Origin: Candidatus Omnitrophota bacterium
Lineage (GTDB): Bacteria; Omnitrophota; Gorgyraeia; Zapsychrales; Fredricksoniimonadaceae
Direction of reading: 5' to 3'
DNA: 64,000 nucleotides
NCBI GenBank assembly: GCA_903901225.1
Contig: CAIUQE010000006.1
Span: 15,369 to 79,368, forward strand
A program made the position numbers and the translations under genes. Numbering within the stretch: position 1 is the first letter of the stretch; the number at the start of each line of letters is the position of its first letter. Below the pieces are notes generated by a model. The model was not told the origin of the DNA. It ran no database searches and saw nothing but the letters and a program-made list of their open reading frames with translations. Positions 1-9,952 of this stretch are shown one piece after another.

Positions 1-650
1 AACCGGCCTGTCGTCGATCTTGACGCCGCCCGTTGTTTCAAGGCCTTTCGCATCCCTGCGCGACCCGTCCAGGCTTAACGCCTGATGGGCCTTGGCGGCA
101 TCCGAAGACTGGCTCGTCTCAACCCCGACCTTGACATCGGTATTGTCGATCTTTGTTGACCCTCCCAGGGTCAAAGCCCCCTCTTGCGTGCCCGCCGTTG
201 TCCGGGCTACGCTGGTCAATGCCTGGAGCGACGTTGTCTCGTTCACCTTCGTCGTTCCTCCCAGTGAAACCGTGCTCTGGGGGCCGGTACCAACCCCTCG
301 CGTCACGGCCGCCATCGCGTCGAGCGATGTCTTGTCATTGATCTGACCTTTACTGCCCAAAGCCACAGTCTGTGAAAGCTCACCTGTGCGCGCCTTCGCG
401 AGGGTGATATCCGTGCTGACAGCCAATTTGGGCGTAACATTTGCCGCAACACCCGCCCTGGTGGCCGTACCCGCGCTGCCCACGGTCTCCTCAAGTGTTC
501 CTTTGAGCTTGTTGGTCAGCTGGCGGTCAACACCGAGTGTTGTTGCCGTAGTTCCCGTCCCTGATACCTCGACCTGTTCCTTCAAGCGGATGTCCGTCTT
601 CTCGTTGAGGGCATATTGCGCCTCGGCCGCCGCCGTAGCGCTGTTGCTTT
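1..650 (-). repeat. Thr/Gly-rich ~33-aa tandem coding repeats at the C-terminal end of the giant protein (within the window)
   Basis: Translated units such as TSLDAMAAVTRGVGTGPQSTVSLGGTTKVNET / TSLQALTSVARTTAGTQEGALTLGGSTKIDNT recur consecutively. Confidence 0.5.
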
Positions 651-3600
651 GTTGCGTCGTGGCTGTCCCGTTACCCTTGGTCTGGGTACTCGCAAAAGCC
701 TCTGTCAACCTCAGGCGACGCGCGTCATGGACCAGCTGGACCAGGGTCGTTGTTGTCTCCTGCCCGCCCACCTGCATCGCGGTCTGCAAATTGCCGCTGG
801 TGATCAATCGCTGGACATCCCGGCTCGCGGTCAAGCGGGTGACGGGCGTCATGTCAAAGGTCATGGCCATCCCGTTCATGCTCTTGCCCTGCTGGGATGT
901 GGTCCCGCCCGTCGAGAAGCCATCCCCGATCCATTTGTAGTAACTCTTCAGGCCGACCCTGTCGAAGAGGCGCGCGTCCTGCGTGATCCCGTACGCTTTG
1001 CCGTTGCTGCCCGCGGCACCCGACAGGTCGCTGAATGTGATGCCGCCATCCGTCGATATAAAATTATTCTGGGCCGCGGCGACGGTTTCGGCATATTCGG
1101 CATGCACGGTAGAATCCTTGGCCAGGTGGACGGTCACATCCTCCCCGCCCAACTGGTACTTGCCCGCTGCCTGCGTTTCAGACACATACGTGGCCCCGGC
1201 CACGACATTCTTCCCCAAAGCCTTTGTCACGCGCGCTCCCTGGGTGCCCTCGGCCAGCTGGTCATGGACAAAATATTCATAATCCGCCACCACATACATC
1301 GGGTCCCCGCCGAGCAGGTTATTGGAGATCAGCTGGTTGTTATCAACGGACATGGACAAAGGGCGCCAGAAAAGGATACGCCCGTTGGAGGGGTCAATGG
1401 AATAATCAACGCCGCTCTTCATCTCCAAGGCCGATTTGACCAGCCCTGTGACCGCGTCCCTCACCTCGACCTTCACCTTGTCCGTGCCCTGCACAATATC
1501 ATTGTTCTTGAAATAATAGAGCGACCCGCCTGTGGCTAGGAATTCGTTATGCGCGGCGCGCTGATGGACTTCAGCGTGAAAGACCGCTATGCCGGTCTTC
1601 GCTTCACCGTAATCGGTCGTCGCCACACTCTTGTAATCCAGCTTCCCGCCATAAAGTGTCCGGGTATAATTCGCGAATTCCGTGTCGTTGAACGCCACCG
1701 CGTAATTACCCCAGATCGCCTGGGACTTGTCCCAATCAACAGAAAGATAGAGAGGCCCTTCCGTGTTCGCCGCGTCATAGTTCAGGGTTGAATTATCGCC
1801 GTAAACCGGATAATACGCATTATCCTTGAACGTGCGCAGGGCTGCCTTGGCCTGGCGCTCCGTGTCAAAACTCGACGTCACGATATATTTCCCCTGGATC
1901 TTGCCTTTAAGGTAATAAGCGATCTTGCCCTGGTCGTAGAACCCGCGGCGGTACTGGTCATTGCTCTGGACCGGTTCGATATGTCCGCGATCCATGTTAT
2001 ACCCGACCTTGCCGTCGCCCATAGCCACGAACATGAGGTAATCTTCCCCGACTTTCAGCGGTTTCCTGTAATGCGCCGTCTGCACCGGCGCCGCCTCAAT
2101 AACCTCAGGCGTTCCCGCCGTCATGGCACCTGCCTGTTCAGCCGGCCCCTGTTTTACCGCTCCCCCTCCCGCCGCGGCTTTAGGCCAGCCGCCCGGGCCC
2201 TTCTCCTGGGCCGTCACAACTTCAAGCTCATAATCCCCGTCAGGCAGGATGACCTCCATCGGTATCGCCTGTTCCTCGGTCTGCCCGGCCGCGAGGTCCT
2301 GCGCTGTCAATCCGTGATGCTCGGGCACGGGCACTTCCGCGAACACCTGGCCATTCCTGAGGACCACGACCTGCCGCACGTCGCTGCCAGCGGACTTGAG
2401 CGTGAGGGTATCCCCCTTGACCCAGATATTCCGGGTCTTCAAAGCGTCCCCTAGCGCGAGGGCGAGCAGGAAATCATGATATTTCTTCGTGCGGGCCGTT
2501 GCCTCGTCCTTCTTTTCCTGGGCGGAACGCTGGCGCTGGCGATCAGCCATGTCGGCGTCGGTCATCACCTTCAACACCAGCGGCTGTTCTTTGGTCTCAT
2601 CCCACTTTTCATGCTCACCCTGGACCTTAAGCACAAACGCGTAATGATGGCTCGCCAGAAGATACTGGCCGGCCGCGTCCCTCCCGTCCCAATAAACCGG
2701 ATCATTGATGTTAGACCGGGTCCCTTTGAACGAACGCACCAGCTTTTTGGTATCCGCGTCAACGACATCAAGCTGCCACGACACCAGGAACGGCGCGTAA
2801 TTGGTGAACAGCCTAAACTCGATCTGCTCGATCACAGTGTCGTTATGCAACAAAATGTTGTCATTGAACATATTAACGTTCAGCCTGGGTTTGGGCGCGG
2901 TCGTGCTTTGGTCGACCTTCAGTTCTTTCTGGAAGTACTCCGCGTCCTTCCCTACGATCTGAGCGTTGTCCACATTCACGCCGAAATTGACCTTGATGAT
3001 GCTGCCAGGCGTAACATCCACCACCTGGACCTTGTCCGTGGTCAAATATGCGCCCGGCGGCAAGGTCCGTTCATCAAGCCTCAACAGATGCCGGCCGGGC
3101 ACAAGCGCCGGGATGTGGAACTGCCCGTTCTCATCCGCCGTCACCACAGTGCCGTCTTCCATGGCAAGGCTGACATTGGGCACAGGCCCTTCGATGACCT
3201 TCTGTCGGTCTTCATAACTGTACTGCGGGTCATCCTGCCGGCCGTTCTCGTTCCAGTCATAGAACACCTTGCCGAACACGGTCCCCGCGTCAAAAAGCGG
3301 ATCAAGGACAATCTTGACAGTGGCGACGGTCTTGTTGGAGATAATCAGGCCCGTGGGATACTGCATGGTCGCCACGTTATCATAGGCTCCGGGCGCCACA
3401 CCGGCACCGATGACCAGCTGATAACGCACGATCTTCTTCTGCCCGGGCGTAAAATCGCCAGGGAGGAAGGTGAGCGGCCTGTTGCCCGTCGGATCGGGCA
3501 TGGGGACCCCATCCAGCAACGCGCGCCCGTTCATGTACTTGAACCCCGGCGGGATCACGTCGACAAACCTCGGAGCGATCACCGAATTGGTCTTGGAAAG

Positions 3601-6600
3601 GCATTCAATGCTGACCGTGTAGGTCACAACTTCGCCGATCCTGGCTTCCGTCTTGTTGGACTTTTTCTCGATCCTGAAAAGATACGGATTAGCATCCAGG
3701 GGCTGGTCCATCTGGTGGATGAGCCCATCCGTGATGAACACCTCACCGCGCGACCCCAGGAGAATCTTGCGGCCCGCCGGAAGCTTTTCATCAGAAAGGA
3801 TGGTTGGATAACTGTAACCCAGCGCCGTTATCACAATCTTATAGCTGGCATTCACTGTCAGGAAAGAATAAATGCCATCCGCTCCCGTTACCATCGGATT
3901 AGTATCCGTAAGCGCTATATCCGTCCCCTTCACCGCCATTGTCCCGTCCGCCTTTAACATCAACACCGATGCCCCCTTAAGCGGCTGGTTGGATGAGGAG
4001 TCGAACACGATACCGTAGACATCGTTCACGATGAATGTCTTGATCGCGCTGGAAACGCCGTCTACGATCACAGAAACATAATTGGAGCCGCGCGAAAGGT
4101 TCCTGGTCAACGCGAAGGAGAATGTCCCGTCCGCGGCAACAACCCCCTGCCCCATGTAAGCTTCCGGGGGCAATGACAAAAGATACAGATCAGCCTGGTC
4201 CTTGGCAACGACAAACACCTGGCTTCCCGGTTTGGCGTTGCCCTGGATCACGGGTTGGGATGTAACGATCGTCTGCTGGTCCACGGGAGAGGTGATCACC
4301 GGGACCTGGGCCGCTGTCGGCGCGACAACGACCGAAAAGGTCGAAGAATCTCCGGTAATGATCCCGTAATATGGCGTGATCGTGTTCGTCACCGGATGGT
4401 TCGGGTCAGAGTCAAGGGCAAACTTGGTCACCGTTCCCAGGGACGCGTCATCTTTCCCGACCACAACACGGAAATTCCCGTTCGTGTCAGCCTTGGCCGA
4501 AGCGATCACCGTGCCGGTACCGTCCTTGAGGGTCACATCATGCCCGGGGACTCCGTGGCCGATGATGGTCGGCACCGGGCCGACAACGGTGCCCGGGGCC
4601 GGGGTCACGATGTTCAGGGTGAAAAATATCCAGTGGATATTGGTCGGCGTAACTCCATTCTTGTTGTCCGTGGAATTCGTGGCAATGATATCCGTCGCCG
4701 GATTCACCGGAAAATTCGGGAACACGGCCGTTGAATCGCGCACGTCGACGAAACCTGCCAGCGGTGCCGCGTTAAGGATGGTCAGCGACCAGGATGTGGA
4801 ACCGCCTCCTGACGTGCTATCCGTCGTCGAACGGAGGATCAGCTTGTTTGCCGCGTTACCCGCCAGGTCCAGGGACCCCGTGATGGTCTGGTTGGATCCC
4901 TGCGCGAATTTGATGGTCTTGGCCCCCGATGATATCTGGGACGCGACGTCCTGGAACACCGTGTCACCGCTGACAGTGACCGTATTGTTCCCGCTGAAGG
5001 TGACCTTGCCGCTATTGTGGACAAAGCTTCCCGCTGTATGGGCAAACCCTCCCTGCACCGTGAAACTCTTGCCACTGCCCGGCGCCGTAAAATTACCGCC
5101 CGTCATCGCGAAATCGCCACGCAGGTCGATGGCCTTGGCTCCGGCGTTAAGCGTCGCGCCGGCCACGCCCAGGTTCCCGTAAATGGTCATGTCCACCGCA
5201 TTCACAAAAGTGGAAGGCGTCCCCGAAAGATTGTTCTCGATCACAAGATTGTAGAACAGGTTCGGGGCCGTAAGCGGGAAACTGCTCCCGATGACGCCAT
5301 TGCCGCGGTACACAAAAGTCCCCGAATAAATATCCGGATCAACAATATTAACGGCTTCGTCACCCTGAAGATAAATTGTGCCGTCGTTGGCAAAAGCTCC
5401 CGTCACGTCAAACTTATAACCATCCGCGTAAAGCCTGGCATCCACATCCAGCGTCATGTTGAGCAGGTTAATGTCATATTGTTCGGGATCCGGCGGCACA
5501 TGCGGCACCGTAAAATGCGGCACGTTCGTCACGCCGCCCGGTATCCGGACGCTGTCCGCGACCACCGCGCCATGCGCGTTCATCGGCACAAGCCCAAGGT
5601 CCCAGTTATTGGGCACGCGCCAGTCCGTGGAAAGGGCTCCAGTCCATGTGAACAGCGTCGACCCGAAAACCCAGTGCGTATTGTTGTACATCGCGGCGGC
5701 ATGAGGCGTGGAATCCCGCGCCACAAGCCAAAGACCTCCGCCGGCATTGGAATCCGTGACATCGACGTAGTTGATATGCTGAAGGCCTCCCGGCACCAGA
5801 GATATCCCCGCGGCATTGCTGCCCAGGTCCGATTTCAGGAAAAGTTCGTTGCCCGCGATCCCCTGCAGGGTCAACTCATTGGTGATCGTCTGTACCGCCG
5901 TATGGTCAAATATGAGCTGGTGGACTTGGATCCCCGCGGGGATCGTTTTGGTCAATTTATAAAATGTCGTGCTCCCGTTCAAAGCCTGCGCGGTCGCCCC
6001 CATGGTCGAGGTCGCATCCAACGCGACAGTCCCGTGATTCGCGTCAAATCCGGCACCGGCCGTATTGGTAAAATTCCCGGCGACGGCAAGCGTTTTTCCA
6101 CTGCCAGGCGCCAGGAACGAACCGCCGGTCATCACGAAATCATGCCCGATATCCAGGGCCGCGGCCGTTGCATCAAGCGATGAACCGCTAATGGTCAGCG
6201 TGCCGTAGATCGCCAGGTCCACATTCGCCGTGAACGCGGAGGCTGACCCCGTGAAAGGCGCATGGACAATAAGATTGTTGAACATCACAGGTCTCCCCCC
6301 GCCCGTGATGGTGAACGGCGCACCCGTCCCATCCCCGTGATACACAAAAGTCCCGTTGTAAATATCCGGGTCAGCGATATTCACCGCCTCACCGCCGTCA
6401 AGGTAGATCGACCCGTCATTGACGAACGTCCCCGACACCGTGAGGCCATGCCCGTCCAGATAAAGGCTCGCGTCAACCGCGTACAGGCCTAGGTCCACAA
6501 GGACAGGCGAGCCTGACCCCGCGGTCAGGTGCGGCTTGTCCGCCGTGCTCGGTATCTGAACACTGTCGCCGTTCCTCGGGACAAGGCCGAGGTCCCAGTT

Positions 6601-8640
6601 CGACGGCACATCCCACGCGGTATGCGACAGCGCGAGCGGGCTCGGTGTCCCATCCCAGACAAAGGTCGCCGCCCCGAATACCCAGTGCGGATAATTGCTG
6701 ATCCCGGCGGAAGACCCTCCCCCGACCAGCAACAGACCTCCGACAGCGCTGTTATCCTGCACCGACACATTATGGATATCCTGGACACCGCCCGTGGCCA
6801 GCAGCAGGAATGGCGCAGTGCCTGCCGACGAACTGACGATATCAAGCCGGTGGGTGCTGTCAATGCCGTTAAGGGTGAGCTTATCCGCCACCATATACGT
6901 GTACGGCGTGCCCGGGCCAACCCCGACCCCGAAGGTCAAAGTTTCAGGCCCCGTGGCCACGTTCTTCGTCAAGCCATAGAAGGCGATACTGCCGGTGACC
7001 GTCTGGTTGGAACCCACAGCCGGGTTTGCCAATACGACCGTCCCGTCATTGGGCGTGAACGTCCCCGCGGTACGCGTAAAATCCCCGGAAACCGTGAAAG
7101 CGTGAGAAGCATCCGGCGTTACGAAAGACCCTGCCGACAAAACAAAATCATGCAGGCTCAGATTCCCGGACTGGGCATCGACGGCCCCCCCGTTCATCGC
7201 GGTCCCATGCTCCACCGTGAGGGCCTTGCCGGAGGCCAGCAGGACGCTTCCAGCCGTGAATGTCGCGTCCGTGTATACGGTCAGATCGACCCCGATGGTG
7301 AATGTCCCGTGCGAACTCCTCGAAGAATCGTCGACGATCAGTGAATGATACCCGGCCAGCGGCGTTCCGGCGACCGTGAAATTCGTGGTGATATCAACAC
7401 CCGCGCCACTGGGCCTACCCAGATATTTGAAAACACCGGCGTCATTCAGGGCCGCGGTCACAACCGCTTCATTCCCGTCCAGATAAATGGCGCCGTCATT
7501 GACCAGGGCGGCGGACAGCGTGGCGTTATGCCCGTCGAGCGTCAGCGTGGTGCCGCTGCCGATGTTCAGCGTGCCGATAACAATATCGCCATCAAGAACA
7601 GGATCATACACAGTTCCGTCGACGATAAGGGCCGTATCCCCGTCCTCAGGCACCACGCCCAGGCTCCAGTTAAAGGCATTATCCCAGTGAATATCATAGC
7701 CACCCGTCCAGGTCTCCGTGATCGCGCCAAACTGCCAGTGCGTGTTATTGTACAGAAGATGGTCCGAATGGTCCAAAGAAGCGCGCCCCAGCAGCACCAT
7801 ACCGCCGGTGGCGTCATTGTTCCACACATTAACGTAGCGGATATCCTGGACCCCTCCCGTGGTAAGGATAAGCCCCGCGGCCGGATTGAGCACCGCCGGA
7901 ACCCCGGCGCTGTTATTCAGTGTCAACAAGTGTCCCGCGTCAAAACCGCGCAGGGTGAGGCTGTTGTCAACCCTCTGGGTCAGCCCCGGGGGGAAGACCA
8001 GTGTGCGCGCGGTCGTGGTCGGCATGACTTTCCTCAACGCGTAGAACGTTGTGCCGCCGAGGATCTGCTGGTCAGCCCCGTCAAGGATGACCCTGTTATT
8101 ACCATGAACATAAGACAAGGGCAACGCGGGAGAAACATTGTTCCACGTCCCTGTCACGTTCATGGGCATCCCGTTCGCCTCAAAGATCCCGGCGAGATTG
8201 TTAAAATCCCCCCGGATATAGATCCCGGCGTCAACGGCCGGAATGATGAGCCCCAGGCGCGCGGTCGATTCATGGGTCAAGTTATAGAACGTATCTGTCA
8301 CAAGCTTCCCGGCATAAATGGTCTGCAAGCCGGCCGCGGCGGAAAAGACCACCGTCCCTGTGCCAGAGTCATAATAACCGGAACCATAAATGGCCCAGTC
8401 ACCGTTGAGACGGATCTTCCCCGTGGTGGTTTTGATGACCCCGCGGTTGGTCACCAGACCGGGATGACCGTTGGCCGTTTCAACTTTCAAAGTACCTGTA
8501 TTAACGTTCAGGCGGGAATTGGCAGGGACAGTAACACCGGCCGCCCAGGCGGCATAACACGTCAAGAATACCGCGCACGCGGCAAAAACCGCGATCTTGA
8601 CGCTCTCGAAGAGCTTGTGCAAAGACTCACGCGCCGACAT
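1..8640 (-). CDS. Giant secreted repeat-containing surface protein (adhesin/S-layer-like), C-terminus truncated by window edge
   Basis: Manual minus-strand translation from ATG at 8640 is open for >2880 codons down to position 1; it is absent from the ORF track because no stop falls in the window. N-terminal signal peptide (MSARESLHKLFESVKIAVFAACAVFLTCYAAWAAG). Four tandem ~340-aa units ending in NNTHWQFG / NYPHWVFG / MYNNTHWVFG / TNIHWIFF with beta-helix-like NxxG/T-rich repeats. These are followed by Ig-like domains, a conserved-repeat-domain-like segment (TYTVSIECLS), a Cna-B/SdrD-B-like segment (GKVFYDWNENGRQDD), a CarbopepD-reg-like segment (GIVFDSSSNQPLKGASV), a beta-strand-rich region and Thr/Gly-rich short tandem repeats. 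Confidence 0.85.
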   Translation of the reverse strand, partial: MSARESLHKLFESVKIAVFAACAVFLTCYAAWAAGVTVPANSRLNVNTGTLKVETANGHPGLVTNRGVIKTTTGKIRLNGDWAIYGSGYYDSGTGTVVFSAAAGLQTIYAGKLVTDTFYNLTHESTARLGLIIPAVDAGIYIRGDFNNLAGIFEANGMPMNVTGTWNNVSPALPLSYVHGNNRVILDGADQQILGGTTFYALRKVMPTTTARTLVFPPGLTQRVDNSLTLRGFDAGHLLTLNNSAGVPAVLNPAAGLILTTGGVQDIRYVNVWNNDATGGMVLLGRASLDHSDHLLYNNTHWQFGAITETWTGGYDIHWDNAFNWSLGVVPEDGDTALIVDGTVYDPVLDGDIVIGTLNIGSGTTLTLDGHNATLSAALVNDGAIYLDGNEAVVTAALNDAGVFKYLGRPSGAGVDITTNFTVAGTPLAGYHSLIVDDSSRSSHGTFTIGVDLTVYTDATFTAGSVLLASGKALTVEHGTAMNGGAVDAQSGNLSLHDFVLSAGSFVTPDASHAFTVSGDFTRTAGTFTPNDGTVVLANPAVGSNQTVTGSIAFYGLTKNVATGPETLTFGVGVGPGTPYTYMVADKLTLNGIDSTHRLDIVSSSAGTAPFLLLATGGVQDIHNVSVQDNSAVGGLLLVGGGSSAGISNYPHWVFGAATFVWDGTPSPLALSHTAWDVPSNWDLGLVPRNGDSVQIPSTADKPHLTAGSGSPVLVDLGLYAVDASLYLDGHGLTVSGTFVNDGSIYLDGGEAVNIADPDIYNGTFVYHGDGTGAPFTITGGGRPVMFNNLIVHAPFTGSASAFTANVDLAIYGTLTISGSSLDATAAALDIGHDFVMTGGSFLAPGSGKTLAVAGNFTNTAGAGFDANHGTVALDATSTMGATAQALNGSTTFYKLTKTIPAGIQVHQLIFDHTAVQTITNELTLQGIAGNELFLKSDLGSNAAGISLVPGGLQHINYVDVTDSNAGGGLWLVARDSTPHAAAMYNNTHWVFGSTLFTWTGALSTDWRVPNNWDLGLVPMNAHGAVVADSVRIPGGVTNVPHFTVPHVPPDPEQYDINLLNMTLDVDARLYADGYKFDVTGAFANDGTIYLQGDEAVNIVDPDIYSGTFVYRGNGVIGSSFPLTAPNLFYNLVIENNLSGTPSTFVNAVDMTIYGNLGVAGATLNAGAKAIDLRGDFAMTGGNFTAPGSGKSFTVQGGFAHTAGSFVHNSGKVTFSGNNTVTVSGDTVFQDVASQISSGAKTIKFAQGSNQTITGSLDLAGNAANKLILRSTTDSTSGGGSTSWSLTILNAAPLAGFVDVRDSTAVFPNFPVNPATDIIATNSTDNKNGVTPTNIHWIFFTLNIVTPAPGTVVGPVPTIIGHGVPGHDVTLKDGTGTVIASAKADTNGNFRVVVGKDDASLGTVTKFALDSDPNHPVTNTITPYYGIITGDSSTFSVVVAPTAAQVPVITSPVDQQTIVTSQPVIQGNAKPGSQVFVVAKDQADLYLLSLPPEAYMGQGVVAADGTFSFALTRNLSRGSNYVSVIVDGVSSAIKTFIVNDVYGIVFDSSSNQPLKGASVLMLKADGTMAVKGTDIALTDTNPMVTGADGIYSFLTVNASYKIVITALGYSYPTILSDEKLPAGRKILLGSRGEVFITDGLIHQMDQPLDANPYLFRIEKKSNKTEARIGEVVTYTVSIECLSKTNSVIAPRFVDVIPPGFKYMNGRALLDGVPMPDPTGNRPLTFLPGDFTPGQKKIVRYQLVIGAGVAPGAYDNVATMQYPTGLIISNKTVATVKIVLDPLFDAGTVFGKVFYDWNENGRQDDPQYSYEDRQKVIEGPVPNVSLAMEDGTVVTADENGQFHIPALVPGRHLLRLDERTLPPGAYLTTDKVQVVDVTPGSIIKVNFGVNVDNAQIVGKDAEYFQKELKVDQSTTAPKPRLNVNMFNDNILLHNDTVIEQIEFRLFTNYAPFLVSWQLDVVDADTKKLVRSFKGTRSNINDPVYWDGRDAAGQYLLASHHYAFVLKVQGEHEKWDETKEQPLVLKVMTDADMADRQRQRSAQEKKDEATARTKKYHDFLLALALGDALKTRNIWVKGDTLTLKSAGSDVRQVVVLRNGQVFAEVPVPEHHGLTAQDLAAGQTEEQAIPMEVILPDGDYELEVVTAQEKGPGGWPKAAAGGGAVKQGPAEQAGAMTAGTPEVIEAAPVQTAHYRKPLKVGEDYLMFVAMGDGKVGYNMDRGHIEPVQSNDQYRRGFYDQGKIAYYLKGKIQGKYIVTSSFDTERQAKAALRTFKDNAYYPVYGDNSTLNYDAANTEGPLYLSVDWDKSQAIWGNYAVAFNDTEFANYTRTLYGGKLDYKSVATTDYGEAKTGIAVFHAEVHQRAAHNEFLATGGSLYYFKNNDIVQGTDKVKVEVRDAVTGLVKSALEMKSGVDYSIDPSNGRILFWRPLSMSVDNNQLISNNLLGGDPMYVVADYEYFVHDQLAEGTQGARVTKALGKNVVAGATYVSETQAAGKYQLGGEDVTVHLAKDSTVHAEYAETVAAAQNNFISTDGGITFSDLSGAAGSNGKAYGITQDARLFDRVGLKSYYKWIGDGFSTGGTTSQQGKSMNGMAMTFDMTPVTRLTASRDVQRLITSGNLQTAMQVGGQETTTTLVQLVHDARRLRLTEAFASTQTKGNGTATTQQSNSATAAAEAQYALNEKTDIRLKEQVEVSGTGTTATTLGVDRQLTNKLKGTLEETVGSAGTATRAGVAANVTPKLAVSTDITLAKARTGELSQTVALGSKGQINDKTSLDAMAAVTRGVGTGPQSTVSLGGTTKVNETTSLQALTSVARTTAGTQEGALTLGGSTKIDNTDVKVGVETSQSSDAAKAHQALSLDGSRRDAKGLETTGGVKIDDRPV
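4640..8535 (-). repeat. Four tandem ~1 kb coding repeats (~340 aa each) inside the giant protein gene
   Basis: Repeat units delimited by recurring ...GGVQDI(R/H)xV.V.DN.A.GG..LLV....NTHW.FG...W.G....W....NW.LG.VP..GD motifs. Approximate unit ends at nt 7725, 6702, 5691 and 4640. Confidence 0.55.
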
Positions 8641-8763
8641 CAAGTATTAATATTCATATTCAGTGTTTGATAGATATTTTAACTTATTTCATCATATTAA
8701 ATAGAAAATACGATTAAATCCATTTTTAAAATATTTTAATATTAAAAGAAAAGTGAGGATCGA
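8641..8763 (-). promoter_or_regulatory. AT-rich intergenic promoter region upstream of the giant protein gene
   Basis: About 75% AT in a ~60% GC genome (tattaatattcatattcagtgtttgatagatattttaacttatttcatcatattaaatag...). It lies immediately 5' of the ATG at 8640. Confidence 0.4.
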
Positions 8764-9471
8764 TCAGGAAAGCATCGCGAGGAAAGCCGTCACGGCAGTT
8801 TCGACACGCAGGATTCGGGGGCCCAAACCGGCTAAAATACAACCGGCGGCCTGGAAACGTTCAAGTTCGTAAGGAATAAAGCCACCCTCCGGCCCGATGA
8901 TGAGCACTGCCCGTCCTTCAGCTCCCTTGCTTAAAGGTCGGCCCGAAGGATCAGCCACGATCCCCTGGCGGCCCTGAAGAAAATGCGGCAGAACATCTTC
9001 GACAAAAGGCTTGAACCTCTTATGGTAAGTGACAGAAGGCAGGACAGTATCCCTGGCCTGTTCCAAACCAAGGATCAATTGCTCCCGGATCTCGCCAGGA
9101 ACAAGGGCCGAGCTGTTCCAGAAACTTTTCTCGACACGGCGCGCATGAAAGATATGGATCTGGGGTACGCCCATGGCCGCGGCGGTCTGAAGGACGCGTT
9201 TGAGGACCGGCGGGCGCATGAGCGCCACCGCGAGGATGACAGGGACCTTGGGCGGAGGATCAGCGTTGAGCGCGACCTCCATCTCAAGTTCCGTATCCGT
9301 CAGGCGCAGGACCTTGCCCTGCCCTATCTGCCCGTCCTCCATCCCCACGTTGAGCACATCGCCAGGACTGGCGCGATGGACCGAAAGGACATGCGCGTGC
9401 CGGCGGCCCCTCAGCAGGGCCCTTGACGTGTGCGGGATAATGTCAGGCGCGGCAAGAAGAACGAGGTTCAT
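8764..9471 (-). CDS. rsmE: 16S rRNA (uracil1498-N3)-methyltransferase RsmE
   Basis: 235 aa with a PUA-like N-terminus and the C-terminal SPOUT motif GPEGGF...LG.RILRVETA. Confidence 0.85.
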   Translation of the reverse strand: MNLVLLAAPDIIPHTSRALLRGRRHAHVLSVHRASPGDVLNVGMEDGQIGQGKVLRLTDTELEMEVALNADPPPKVPVILAVALMRPPVLKRVLQTAAAMGVPQIHIFHARRVEKSFWNSSALVPGEIREQLILGLEQARDTVLPSVTYHKRFKPFVEDVLPHFLQGRQGIVADPSGRPLSKGAEGRAVLIIGPEGGFIPYELERFQAAGCILAGLGPRILRVETAVTAFLAMLS

Positions 9472-9863
9472 TCTTGCATGTTGAGGAGCTTGCGCAGTTT
9501 CGCAGGCACCATTCGCGCGAGCGTGTGCGACTTGACCTTTTTCTTCTGGCGGTCAACGATGACCTCGACCTGGCGGCGGATGGCCACGAACGCGTCGCGG
9601 ACAACAGCGGCAAGATCGTCGTGCGCGTTGCGCCCGGAGTCGCGCTTGACCACAAGCTCGTGATGCGGCGGCATGCGCACGTCGATGCGGATATGGTACG
9701 TGTGCTTGGAATGCTGGTGTGTCGGATTCTGCTCGATGAACACGCGGCAGCTGGTGATATGATCGCAAGAATGCTCGAGCTTGGCGATCTTCTCCTGAAC
9801 GACCGCCTCGATCTCCTTCTTGTTCTCAACATTCTTCATGATAAGTTCCAGGGGAAGTTGCAT
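9468..9863 (-). CDS. hpf: Ribosome hibernation promoting factor (HPF/RaiA family)
   Basis: 131 aa. The MQL...I....VE......V.EKI.KLE....I.S..V pattern and conserved DLAAVVRDAF...RQ basic tail are typical of sigma-54 modulation protein/YfiA. Overlaps rsmE by 4 nt (ATGA). Confidence 0.75.
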   Translation of the reverse strand: MQLPLELIMKNVENKKEIEAVVQEKIAKLEHSCDHITSCRVFIEQNPTHQHSKHTYHIRIDVRMPPHHELVVKRDSGRNAHDDLAAVVRDAFVAIRRQVEVIVDRQKKKVKSHTLARMVPAKLRKLLNMQE

Positions 9864-9952
9864 GGTGCCTCCGTAAGGTTATTGGAACGCGCTAAGATCA
9901 ACGAGTTCCATTGTCGTCATAATCCGGGATTTTTCAATAGAAAAATCTGCGG

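Noticed and set aside
2476-8670. Long plus-strand ORFs (2476-3957, 4376-5182, 5017-6183, 6529-7344, 7345-8670 and others)
   Set aside because: They are Arg/His/Gly-rich low-complexity translations typical of antisense frames in GC-rich DNA. The minus strand encodes one continuous, domain-rich giant protein.
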